Assembly (NCBI GenBank): GCA_000320545.1
Contig: ADNK01000224.1
Span: 1 to 34,577 of the forward strand
Origin: Bigelowiella natans CCMP2755
Lineage: Eukaryota > Protista > Cercozoa
Direction of reading: 5' to 3'
DNA: 34,577 bases
A program made the position numbers and the translations under genes. Below the pieces are notes generated by a model. The model saw nothing but the letters and a program-made list of their open reading frames with translations, ran no database searches and was not told where the DNA came from. This document shows, piece after piece, positions 12,949 to 24,892 of the stretch (the stretch's first letter is position 1; every line of letters starts with the position of its first letter).

Positions 12949-14636
12949 GCTCTCAATGCTATGGAGGCACCTTTAGAACCCAGACCTGGGCTGCGGTGCT
13001 CGCAGGTTGGAGCACCTGCAGCATCCAGTAGAAGTTCTCCCGACAATTTATTACCCAGCGACTCTCCTGCGTCTAATTTTCCTACGACACAGAATTATAT
13101 CCAAAAGAAGCTAAAAACGAAGGCGGTTTGTGGATTTCAAGACAGGAATGCCGCCGAAATTAGGCCTTATTTCGAACGTCAGGAATCACGTTCCCTGCCG
13201 CTGCTCTCGGCTGGAACAAAAACAAGAGGAGAAAGGGCCGCCCCACCCACAGCGCGGGGGAAGACACAACACACACACGCACCAGCCGGCAGCGACAGCA
13301 CGTGCGCCTCATGGTCCAACCCTCCCCCTCCACCATCGCTGCCTTTCATAACATTAGTCGTGAGAAGCTAACTTGCTCACTAATCATCATCACGAGCACA
13401 CACGCACATACTTCAGGGGGATATCCAGAAGGAGGGCCGCTGTCCGGCGATTGCGATTATCGGAGGGGGGATCGCCGGCACCTCCGCGGCTTGTCGCCTC
13501 TCGACGGTCTATCCGAGCGCCAAAGTTACTGTCTTCGATTGGGTGGGCGAGTTCTCCCCCCCCCCCCCCTCTCCTCCACCTCCCACGCCATCAACCAGCC
13601 TCACTGAAATCCGTGGCACAATTATTCAGGGTCGTAGACCAGGCGGGCGCGCTGCGCACAGGACTCTCTGGGTCAACAGGGAGGGGAAGGAGCGATTTGA
13701 CACACCGCCCAAGGTGTTGTTCGCTAGCGGCTGCTCTCCGCTATCTCTACTTGAGATGAGAGTTTTCCACCATCATTCACCCGACCTTTGTACCTTGACC
13801 TTCCTCCTTCGTCCCTACTTATGCCCGCCTCGAATTCTTCTTCTTCTTCATCTTCTTCTTCATCAGGAGGAGGCAGAAAAGTGGTGGCGACTAAGATTTG
13901 ACCACGGTTGTCAATTCTTCGAGGCTCGCGACGAGCGATTCCTCAGCCTTCTCGCGCCACCCCTCAAGGCAGGTGTGATAAAAGCCTGGCCAGGGCAGCA
14001 GCAGCAGTCGCGGAAGAGGGAGCACGAGGGGGAGGATCAGAAGGGAGGCGGACAGGAAAATGAAGGTGATATAGAGAAAGCGTATGCACGGAGGAGTGGA
14101 TATTCCCCAGAATCTACGCCAATATCCTTTTTCTGAGAAAAACTGTTAAACAGAAAGCACTGATATATCGTAATACGTGCACTTACACATACATGCATAC
14201 ACCTCCACGCACGCGTTTTCCCCTGCATTGGCATTTGAAAATATACAAAAGGTGCGCCAGTTGGTTGGTTATTAAAGGACGGGACATTCGTTCCAAGAGG
14301 GCCTTTACTAAAATCCAGGTCCTCATTAGTACCGACTCTCTCTGCTAATTCATCGTCGCCACCCTCGCCCCTGCTTAAAGACGGTTTCTTCGGACTATGC
14401 GGAGGCTTGCCTCTCTCCCCTCTTGCTGCCGCTCCTGCTGCATCTTCTTCTTCCTCCCCGCATGACGAGAAGGAGCAGGGGAGGACGTATGTTGCGGTTG
14501 GCGGAATGACAGGTATGCATGAGCATGCACGTAAGAAGGAGGAAACAAATCGAAAAATAAGACGAACCAGAAAAAATGCTTCTCGCAGCGTAACAAATCG
14601 AATTCAGAGAGGGGGTTGCTGTTGCTTTCCTTCAGC

Positions 14637-14671
<35 letters not shown>

Positions 14672-16673
14672 CGTTGAATCGTGCTCATTTTACTTTTCTA
14701 GAGCTCTGTGCCTGGCTACAGCAGCAGATCGTCGCTTCCTTCTCCTCCTCCTCCTCCTCTGCTGCTCAGTGCCGCATAGCCCAGTTTCGGAGGGTGGCAG
14801 ACATACGTAAGATGACGCTTCGATCGGCACTTGAACAGCAGCGGGGGCGGACATGCTGGAGGCTATTTGGGGACCGGATGCACCACGAAACAGCAGTTGT
14901 GGAAGACGGCAGCGGCAGCTCCATTGGCGCTCTGGGAGATTTCGATGCTGTCATCATTACGGTGACAAAGAATGGAGTAGAAGTAGTAGTAGTAGCAGCA
15001 GTGGTAGTAGCAGCAGTGGTAGTAGCAGTAATAGTAAATACGTGCGTGGGTTAGGACAGACATCTTCGAGTAGAAAACGGCAAGTGGCAACTTCGTTAGT
15101 CCTCCTCCTCCTGCTGAACCTCCCCCCTCCTTCTCCTCCCCCCTCCATCGCAACTCCCATAGGAGCATATGGCCTGGCTTCCAGATTGGCACCCGGTAAG
15201 TCGGCCCACCGCTTCATTGAGAGGAGAATACTTCGTTTTTGAAACACGTTTTCAGCTTTCTTGATGTCTTCAATCTCCTCCCCCCCCCTCCCCCTCCCCC
15301 CCCCCCCCTTTTTTTTTTCCCTTCAGTGTTCTCTGCCAGGGCTTCATAGGGAGTGCCCGAAATCTCTCCAGTGGGTACGGAAAGAGCTAGGTATAGAAAG
15401 CTGAACGGATATGTCTCCGCTCGGAAAACAACAGATGTTAATCACGCCTTGTTGCGTCGCTGCTTGTGCTGGCATGTCTCGGATTCACGTCCTCTTGCTG
15501 TGTACGTGGACGCACAGGCTACGATAGACGGACCCGGAGGTTCCGGCACATCGCGCCTCTCTTCACCTTGATGATTGCGTTCGAGAAACCGTTTGGAGGA
15601 GGAGGAGGAGGAGGGGGGGGAGGAGGCGACGGCGCTGGAGATAGCACCGACGATGGCGACAAAGATTCCTGGGGGCATTTCGCAGCAGCATGTAGTAGAC
15701 CAAAGAATGCACACTCCCATCATGTTGCGAGACGTAGGAGGCACAGCCCCTCAGCCCATCAATGCTTTCACACTCATCGATACATCACGACAGCACAAAC
15801 GCTTCTCCCCCCCCCCCTTGCCCCCCCCCCCCGATCTTCGATATCCATCCAGGCATTGAGGGCAGCCCCGTGCTGCAGCTCGTAAGCCGACAGAGAAGCA
15901 GACCCCTGATACGCGGAGAGTCGGAGCGGCCTTCGGATCGTTGTCCCGAAGCTGAGTGCTGGGTTCTGGTCAGCACAGAGGCTTTTGCGAATCGTTGCCT
16001 CGACTCCGAGCAGATGTCCAAGAAGAAGAAGAGCAACAACAACAACAATAATAACGCCAATAACAGCAGCAAACCGAGGAAGAGAAAGAGGGAGGGCGAG
16101 GGGGGGGGCGAAGAGGGGGAGACGAAAAAGATGGAGACGGGGGGGGGAGAGGAGGAAGATGCTCCCTCCCGCGACGTGCAATACGTTCCTCAAGAGGAGT
16201 CTTACCTCCGCGGTGACCCCGCCAATATAATGACCGACGCCTTTTTGGATGTCATGGCGAAGTACCATCGCCAGATGCAGAAGAGCCCAGAGGCGAAGAC
16301 AGTGATGACGGCTTCTGGCTCTGATGACGCTGCCCCCTTTGTACCACCCCAAATACTGTACCGACGCTGCCAGCGATGGGGGGCGGCATACGCGCTGCCG
16401 CGGGAGATGGCGAGGGGGAAATCAAACGGAGGAGATCTTCACAACCATGCGGACGGAGAGGGAACGTTCGGCCGTGGTCATGATAGTGCTAGCATCGTAA
16501 ATCACGGTCTCTGTTGGCAGGTCGGACAAGAAGCTGTGTTTTGTGCTGGCGATTATGTGTGCCCCCCCTCGCCGTCCGAGACTCGCCATCGCCGCCCATT
16601 TGAATCCGCGGCATTGAGTGGCATCACGGCAGCTGACGCTTTGCATCAGCTGATGACGCGGCGACAGAGATGA
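12870..16673 (+). CDS. Renalase-family FAD/NAD(P)-dependent oxidoreductase, multi-exon
   Basis: Rossmann motif IAIIGGGIAGTSAA...VTVFDW|GRRPGGR (exon from about 13417), FDHGCQFF, YVAVGGM, FDAVIIT, QRWGAA and C-terminal CAGDY...FESAALSG. The 5' exons and start are uncertain; a possible leader is TWAAVLAG|ITFPAAALGWNKNKRRKGR. Confidence 0.82.
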
Positions 16674-16744
16674 CGTCGACGACATGCACATGCACCACAG
16701 ACAGTATGATAGACATGCAATACACTATATATAATATATATATT

Positions 16745-16788
16745 GTGTATTGCTGTGTCTATTATAAGTGTATTGCTGTGTCTATTAT
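16745..16788 (+). repeat. Direct tandem duplication of 21 bp (gtgtattgctgtgtctattat x2)
   Basis: Two exact copies separated by 2 nt, downstream of the renalase-like stop. Confidence 0.85.
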
Positions 16789-17457
16789 CAGTTCATTGGA
16801 GATGATCTGTGGCTGCATTATGAACTAAATGCGACATGCAGATGCATGTGTGCGCCGCCTCCATGGCTACATGGTGTTGGTTTGAGCAACAATGTGAACA
16901 ATGCCAGTGTGGGACTGAGTGCGTGCACACGTACTTGCAATTTCACTCGACGCTGGCTCGCTCATGCTAGCAAATGTTTGCACAATTCTGATGCAAAGTC
17001 AACGAAAAATGCTATGATATGTGCGTGCATCACGTGCATGACACATTGCATTTCCATCATGAGCACACCTTCAAATTCATGGACTCTAGGACTGTCGATG
17101 CTGCTTGAGCAAGAAAGTCATCAGTGCTCAGATCTGTGATTGTCGCTGATGATCTGTCTTCTTCGGTTTCGTTCGCAAGATTGCGGAATGAATTCATCAT
17201 AGCTAGGCTGTGTGATGCGTGAGGCAGCGAGAGCTCTGCTAACATACACGCACAACTTTGACGTGACAGCACACTGGAACAGCAGTGGTGCACGACACTG
17301 ACACGTACAGTGTGCGAAATTACAGAAAATTGTACATTATTTGAGCTTCAAAACTTCGCCTACATGCATGCTCACTAGCGCATGCCACTTCCAGCATCAC
17401 ATTGCGGGGTAATTTGCGACAATCGGACGACCGCATAGAGCAAAAAAGCAGCTTGCA

Positions 17458-19305
17458 CTACTTCTGCGCACCATTGTCATCATCATCTTCGTAAAGAACA
17501 CTATAGTGGTGAGACGCCAGGGAGCGCGTGAGGGGGTACCTAATACACAATCAGCCACCATCATCATCCCCATGAGAAAAACGAAGGGCCGCCGCGCGGA
17601 GATCAATTCAAAGGCAATCAATGTTCACGATTTCAATGTTGGCTTTATTGGCGCCGTACGTGTGGTCTAGTATTTCCGCCTCTGTCATATCGGGATTAAA
17701 CCGAGCCCAGTCCTTCAGGGTTAGGGAGTGGGGAGGGGGGGGGGGGGGGGGGCATTTATGCACAGCTTTAAGATTACAATGAGCTTCTTCTCGTCATCGA
17801 GTATTTCTCACAGACATCAAACCTCACTTATCGTTTTCTTCTGTTGTTTCGAAGGAGTATGCCATGAACGCACCTTGTCCGGCTTCCTACCCAACGCTGC
17901 GAGCTGGGCGTTGTGCGTATCCTGCATTGCCCGGTAGGGCTCCTCCAAGTAGGGCGGCAGCGCCATTGGCTCATTGAACCAGTGCCTTTCGTTCCGGAGG
18001 ATGTGTCGTGTCTGCAAGTGTGATTATGACGATGATGACGATGGTGATGATGATAATCACTGTAAGAACTATGGAGGTGAACGGATGAAGATAGCTAAAA
18101 TGACTTCCCTCCCTCCCTCCCTCCCTCCCTCCCTCCCTCACTACTTCTTTGTAGATGCGTTCCATCTTCGAGCCGTATGCCAGATCATACTGGTTAAAAA
18201 GATATGAGAGAGAGATGGGGGGGGGGGTTAGGGGAGGACAAGTGGACGATGCGCTCTAGTAAAGCGGGTGGTAGTAGTTGTTTGCTCGTTCTCCGATTGT
18301 CCTTTCACGGATGCTGACAACCCTCGTCTCGATGTGCTCCTCTGCTCTTACTACCTGATATGCTAAGAACGTCGGTACGGCCAAAAAGGGGAATTGGGAG
18401 ATTCCTAGGTGCCCAGCCCTGAGTAGTGAATCATAACAGAAACACGCACATGAAGGAGCAGGGTAGAGCCATCTACACTCGTTCCTTTGTTAAGCTGGAA
18501 AAAAGAGAGAAAGGACTGTCGACGCTGCCTCCATTATTGTTGCAGATTTACTATTACTATCGCTATCATGACCATCATTACTACGGGGATCATCCATTTT
18601 CTAATCCTCACAATAGACAACAACCGGAAGACGGCGCTCTTTAGGACGCTAGTTGTTGCCATAGCAGCCGTAAATCCACCTAGCCAATGAACCTGGTCCC
18701 GCGCCCTAGACGTTACAAAGTTAATTTTCAGGGAATGGAGTATGGAAATGTCAATTATGCTTGTCCCACAACGCGGCCATCAGCGTCACTTCTGCGTTGA
18801 TATTCGGCATGTAGCAATATATGTTCTTGTCCTTGGTCGAGGACTCATGCACCATATTAATGGCCAATTGAGTTCTTATTTTGAGCTGTTGTCGTTGTGT
18901 GCGATCTGCGCAAGCTCATAACGACGGTACCTGGCTATTGATGTTGCAAGCTGCACGTCGCGTTGAATCTTTGTCTGAGGGGGGGAGGAGGGCGGTGATG
19001 ATTCTCATCGATGGTACGGACATTTTCCAGTGAGTAATTCCACTCCTCATCTATCATTTCTAGTGAATTCTACGCTGACCGACAACCTGCTTCAATTCGA
19101 GCAGCTTTTTCTTCATAAGGATGTACTCGACCTTCTCTTCCACCATTATTTGCGCTGCTTGATCATGGGGGATGGGTACGATGGACTCAATAATAAGACA
19201 AGGAGCCACGTTCCAAACCCCTTAAACCCAACAAAAAAAACAAAGGCCAAAGCCCTCTCCCTCCATACCCTCATCAACTGCTGAGCTCGAAGAGGAGCTT
19301 CCCAT
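17458..19305 (-). CDS. PLGRKT / DUF2368 family small membrane protein
   Basis: Manual splicing gives MGSSSSSSAVDE..KKKLLELKQ|TKIQRDVQLATSIAR|ARDQVHWLGGF...FPFLAVPTFLAYQ|YDLAYGSKMERIYKE|TRHIL. The YQYDLxYG..xERx..E...IL block matches the plasminogen receptor KT family. The last intron is ambiguous (alternative stop near 17607). Confidence 0.75.
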
Positions 19306-19820
19306 CGCGACGATTCCGATTTGAGTTCGCACCCGTCACTGGGTCGATGGATGCTCAGTTTGGACCACAAATCGTACCAAAAACATCGTAAAGAGAAACT
19401 TCATACAATTGACTAATTTCCCCCCTGGCACCGGCTCGTCCCGCCTACCTCGCCGTCCACTTTCAGATGTTTCCCGGACTAAAAATGTAAGGATTCAGCG
19501 TATGAAGGGTGGATTTTTAGGCGGAAATATCACCAGCAACTGTGTAGGGGGAAGGAGGAGCCGAAAAAATCTGCGGCATTCTTCTAATTTTCTATTTTTA
19601 GCTACCGTTGGAGTCGGACGTACAGGCAACGAGTCGGGAATTCTCCTTGTGCGTCTTCCTTTTTTCCATTGTCGCAGGGTAGAAAACCTATCCATACAAC
19701 TCGTACTGATCTTGATCTCTCAGGCCTCACATACCCACGTCGCTCACAGTTTCGGGCCCCCCCATCCCTCCCTTCGGTCTCCCACGAGCGGGAGCAAGGG
19801 CATTTTCAAGTGCAGAAGCA

Positions 19821-20989
19821 ATGGAAGCAACGAAATTTCGGGCCGCTCTTGCCGCTCTCGTGGTGGCGATCTTGGTATGCGTGGAAGTATCTGCCCAGGA
19901 GTCAACTTGCAGCACCATCAACGGCGACTGTGGTATGAAACCCACGAGATCCGAAATTCGATTTGGGAGGAAAATGATTGCCAAATAGATACCTGACGGT
20001 TCCCTCTGCGTTTGTAGAATATGAAGGAACGGGAGGCTCGTACACATGCGAGAATACAAACGGGAATTGCAACTGCGGGGAGGTGGAACATAATATCTCC
20101 AACGTGACTCGATCGCAGCGTTAATTGTTGTCCAAAACTACAGGCAGAGGTGTGCGTGTGCAGAAATTCAAACGGCGACTGCAACTGTGGAACCTTTAGA
20201 TGCACCTGCGAAAACTCCAATGGACACTGTAATTGTGGGAGGTCGTTCTTCTGTGGGTACTACTACATGCATACTGTCGCCTGTGTTTCTCTCGCCTTCG
20301 CACGAAAATAAAAATAAAAAAAAAGAAACGCGCGCGCACGCGCGCGAAAAAAAGGCAACATGTACGTGTATGCAGAAATCCGATCAATTCCAGTTCAATA
20401 CACACCGTATGGCGCAAGGTGCGGCCAAACAAACGGGGAGTGCAGGTTAAATGACGCAGCCATCGCAGTTACTGTGATAGGGGTAACATCAGACTTCCCC
20501 CCACTAATCCTTGAAATGAATAACAAATATGAACACTTCCTTCGGTTACTAGATGCAGTTTTATATGTATCAAGGTATTTCTCGGCGTTATTCTGCTAAT
20601 TTACTGCATTGGCCGGTAAGGACTACGACTATCGAATAATGATGTTCTCCGGCCTACATGCGAATCCCTCTGCGCATCTTACTCGATAACGAGACAAATA
20701 AATCTCTGTGGAACTTTTGGGAATATGTTGATATGAATAGTTGGGATTCGATTATTCTTACCAGGTGCTGTAATGTTGAAGACGTGGAAAATCGGCAAGG
20801 AAATAACGGCGGTGTCTTGCAGCAGAGGTTATAGTTGTAGTAGAAGCCGACCCAAAACATTCGTTGCCCATACTAACGTTAGCCCAGAAAAGGATGTCAT
20901 GTTTCCGTATGTATGTGAGAAGACGCGTTCCCCTTATTGGCTGTCTTCGTGACAACCCCCGTCTCTGATTCTCCTTCGATGGTCGTTGA

Positions 20990-21024
<35 letters not shown>

Positions 21025-21170
21025 ACAGAAACCATCAAGGCAAGAATGACACCAATATGAATGAGGTTGTAGGGTCTCCGGTTGGAATTCCCGTGGGCGT
21101 TCCTGTGGGGCGACCAGTTGTCCAAGACCACAACATCGCTGCCATTGATAGCGATGACAATCCTGACTGA
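19821..21170 (+). CDS. Uncharacterised 189-aa type I membrane protein with Cys-rich C-x-x-[STI]-N-G-x-C repeats
   Basis: Seven exons (19821-19932, 20018-20082, 20144-20241, 20419-20445, 20553-20615, 20765-20827, 21029-21170), all GT-AG with matching phases, total 570 nt. Signal peptide, five Cys/NG repeats, TM helix VFLGVILLIYCIG and a cytoplasmic tail. Confidence 0.75.
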
Positions 21171-21637
21171 TATATGCCCCATTTGGAAGAACAAAGGCGT
21201 GCCATCTACATACCATTGGGTGGGTCAGTTGTCATAAATGTAGGAGCTTCATGAGATTGCCGCAAAATGTAGGAGTATAAGTGTTGTAAGACTGCCAATC
21301 TCGCCATTTCTATACGCATCGTACTCTACACATCAAATCTGTGTTGTCAACCCCTTGTCGGTGTGATGTCGTACCATTGGGCGTTGCGTGTCGTAGTTAG
21401 CACGCCAATAATGAGCGTGCTGTCCCATCATGACTATGAAGTGGAGTTGGTGATACAAAGCTGCAACATGATAATCGCATGCAATAATGTACACGTACGT
21501 AGCATGCGCACATGCGACTGCCCTGCTAGCCTGGCATCCTTGTTGCTCCCTTACTTCCTCACGCAGCTAGCGGAGTCGCACGCGACGTAGCCATGTGATG
21601 ATCATGATGTCGTTCAAGCATGCACATAAGCGCTGTA

Positions 21638-21716
21638 GCCGCTGCTGTCTTTGCACCGCTACATTAGGGTGACAATTGAACACATTCAATTTCTTCATTA
21701 CATCCGTATCTCACAC
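21638..21716 (+). repeat. Short dispersed repeat, copy 1
   Basis: gccgctgctg..ctttgcac..gctacattagggtgacaattgaacacattcaatttcttcattacatccgtatctcacac aligns by eye with 33618-33704 and 33805-33871. Confidence 0.75.
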
Positions 21717-21910
21717 ATGTCGTGTGTAGCATGACCTGATTGCAGTGCGTCACACGACGGCCGAATGGGATGCACATCTTTACATTGCATTGATGGCAGC
21801 ATGCTAGCATAATGGTAGGCGAACTCGATCATGGATTTTTGTTACTATTGGAAATCGGTAGCGACTATTGAGTCAACTTGGTACTCAGCATGACCCCATC
21901 ACCATCGTCA

Positions 21911-24583
21911 TCACTCTCCCTCCAGACTGCTAAACTCATCTTCATCATCATCGATTTCAAGGCTAGAACTGTTTGGCGCTTCTACAGTTTGACCAGGCTT
22001 GCTTTTCTTGCCCCCCTTGTCGCCGCCCCGTTTCCCCGGCTTCGGTTGTCTGATGAGCCCTTCGTTGAGAGCATCGGCAATTGAATGACATTCGACAACT
22101 TCGAGATTTCCCACCCTCCGGCGGCGGCTGGAGGCTTTCCTGCCCGTTTTAGCCCCGGAGGGGGAGCGCTTGCCGTTCTTCGCATCTTGATCATGATTCC
22201 TTGACATCACAGCGCACACACACCGTCTGAAACCGAATTGAGCAGCCTCTAAGATCCGTCGCTCCATCTGCGGTAAGGGCCTCAACTCCCCTCCAAGCCC
22301 TATCTCTGCTGCGAAACACGTGTCACTCGCCACGGGGCTGCCAGAGCGGGAGGAGGCTAGAGCAACGGCCATCGCCAGGTCGCATGCAGGCGCATCTGAG
22401 AGCTTCAGCCCACCGATCACCGACACCCAGCAATCGGATCGAGAAAACCTAAGGAGGGGGGTGGGTATTAAGGAGGGGGGAAAGGCGGTCGTGATGATGA
22501 TGGTGATGATGATGATGATGATAACGACGACGAAGATGGTGGGGATGACGCACGGAAAGTGGGACCGGCAGGGAAAATTGATTCGAATGCGTATCAGCAA
22601 GCCACAATAACCTGAGGCCCGCATGGCGCCCTAATATCGCCAGCACAACTGACATGCGCTGATAGTCTAATCCAATAGCAACCCTGCGAACGGGCGTGTA
22701 CGCTCCTCCCGAGGAAGAAGAGGAGGTCGGGGAGGACGAGGATGGGGGGAAGGCCGGCGGGTTCGTCGTAGCTAGTGCTTGTATCTCGGCGATTAGTGGC
22801 CGAGAGCCTTCCATAACTACAGCCAAGGCACACCCCTCTCGCCCCCTCTGATCTGCTGAGGCCCCTCCGGTCTCGTCCTCTCCTGATCCGGAATTGTGGT
22901 ATCTGTGACTGGTGGAGGAGGAGACGAGAAGAGACGATGGGTTCTCGACGCCCTTGAGGCCTCTGGGCGTCATCTCGAAGATGCCGATGTCGGCCGTGCT
23001 GCCGAACCTATTCTTCACGGCGCGGAGGATTCGATGCTGCTGGTAGCGCTCACCCTCCAGGTACACCACGGTGTCCACAACGTGCTCGAGGAGCCTTTCG
23101 CCATCGTCGCAAACAGACGCGTAGGAAGTATGCACACACGCACACAAACACAAACACAAACACAGAACCACAACCAAAATCAAAACCAAAAGAGCCGGCA
23201 GCTGTGAGAACAACGGAGATGTATGCAGTGAGCGAATAGCGCCAGTTGGCTTTAGCTTGCTAGCTCTAGTACCTTGGCCCAGCAACTTCTCCACTCTTCG
23301 TGACGTGGCCGATGAGTATCACAGCGACTCTATGATCCTTCGCAGCCTGGGTCAGCCGTGTTGCGCACTCCCTCACCTGAGCTACGGATCCGGGAGAACT
23401 CATCACGTTCTCATCCATCATCGTTTGGATCGAGTCAACCACCATCAGGGCAGGTCGCACGGCCGCCATTGCATCTATCACGGCGTCCACCGTTGTCTCG
23501 CTCATGAGTAAGCAGGTGGAGGGAAGGAGGCCTGCAACGCGGCTAAGCTCGCCGTCTCGGTCAGCCAGAGCTGGATCCACACCGTGAAGTCGTGCAGCAC
23601 GCTCCGCTACTTGTTCAACCGTCTCCTCGCCAGCGATATAAATAGTCTCGCCGGGGAGCGATTCGGAAGCACGGCCAACAGCCTCAGAGGGTGCCGATGA
23701 TGACGACGACGATGATGATGACGTTGACGAAACGAGAGAAACGAGCTGAAGCGCTAGCGTGCTCTTCCCTATACCAGGGTCGCCTCCAAGTAGCACCACA
23801 CCCCCCGGCACGATACCACCCCCGAAGACTCTGTTCAACTCTGGTGGAGGAGGAAAAAGGTAACCGTCATCGTCAATGAAGCCACAAATATGCGAAAATC
23901 ATGGGGACCTCTCGAAGAAGCTGGGCAGTCGTAGGTTCGGCATTGCAGAGCACACATGCATACACGCGTTAATTTATGTCATAGCTCTCCTCACCTTTGT
24001 CTCTCAAAGGTATCCGTTTGAGCGACCGGTGCAATGAGGACACGGCGGATGTCATCGAGACGAGCTGGGAAACGTCGAAAGCGGAACGGCCATCCCGCCT
24101 ACCGCTTCTAGCCCTCGAGGGAGCCTCGCGCACAGCTTCCGTGCAGGTTTCAAACTTCCCGCACCGCAGACACCTCGCAAAACGCCTACCACTTTGATAC
24201 CCGCATTCGCTGCACACGAATTCCGTTTTGCCCCCCCCCGCGCTTGAAGCTCTTGCTCTGAAAAAGCCGCTACGACCGCTTGCACCTCGCTTCTCCCACC
24301 TGCGCCTTCTCAACCCTCCTCCACTGCCTCGTGGATGCATGGTGAGAGCCGGGAGTAATCCAGGGGAAGGGATGTACACCGGCCCGCGGGTGCCTCCTCG
24401 GATCGGGATCGAACGTTGATTGGCGGGGGGGGAGAGATTGACAACGGAGGGATTGTGGTCATCATATCCCCAATCGAAGGGAGGATGGACGGAGAGCGCG
24501 ACGAGAATGAAAACCGCGAGCCAGACGGCGGCGGTGGCTCCGCCGCCGTTGGATATCGGCGCGGGGGAGGCGAGGGCTCCCAT
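21911..24583 (-). CDS. radA: DNA repair protein RadA/Sms, probably organelle-targeted, 4 exons
   Basis: C4 zinc finger CSECG..RCLRCG, Walker A GDPGIGKST, Walker B MVVDSIQT, GHVTKSGEVAGPR, RadA signature KNRFG, EGSRP and Lon-like C-terminus DLAMAVALASS..EIGLGGELR. About 100-aa N-terminal extension. Confidence 0.95.
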
Positions 24584-24892
24584 CGCGGGATCCCTTCCGT
24601 AGCATGTATGTGGACAAAAATTCAAGCCGACCTTAACAGACCGAAACATGCACTGCGGATAGAACCACTCTGGTAAGAAAGGGGTTCCTTTATTTTAAAC
24701 GACAAGATAATTAAGATATTTTCCGCTCGTATTCCACGGAGTTTTGATTTCCTTCGTTTAGGAGGTATCTGAGGCATTGCACTCGTAATCGAGGGGGGAA
24801 CCAAAGCGTCCGTCCACACGCCCCCCCCCCCCCCCCCTCAGTCGGGGAAAAGTGATGAAATAAGACCTGCGACCCTGGCCACCAACACTGAC
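24584..24892. promoter_or_regulatory. Putative bidirectional promoter (radA / ankyrin kinase)
   Basis: About 310 bp between divergent predicted starts. Positional inference only. Confidence 0.4.

Noticed and set aside
17715-17725. TCAGGGTTAGGG telomere-like motif (also a single TTAGGG near 18228)
   Set aside because: Only one or two units, inside introns or splice acceptors of the PLGRKT-like gene. Not an array.
19409-19996. 195-aa ORF upstream of and overlapping the Cys-repeat gene
   Set aside because: TTG start, no domain, and it overlaps in another frame the better supported signal-peptide exon starting at 19821.
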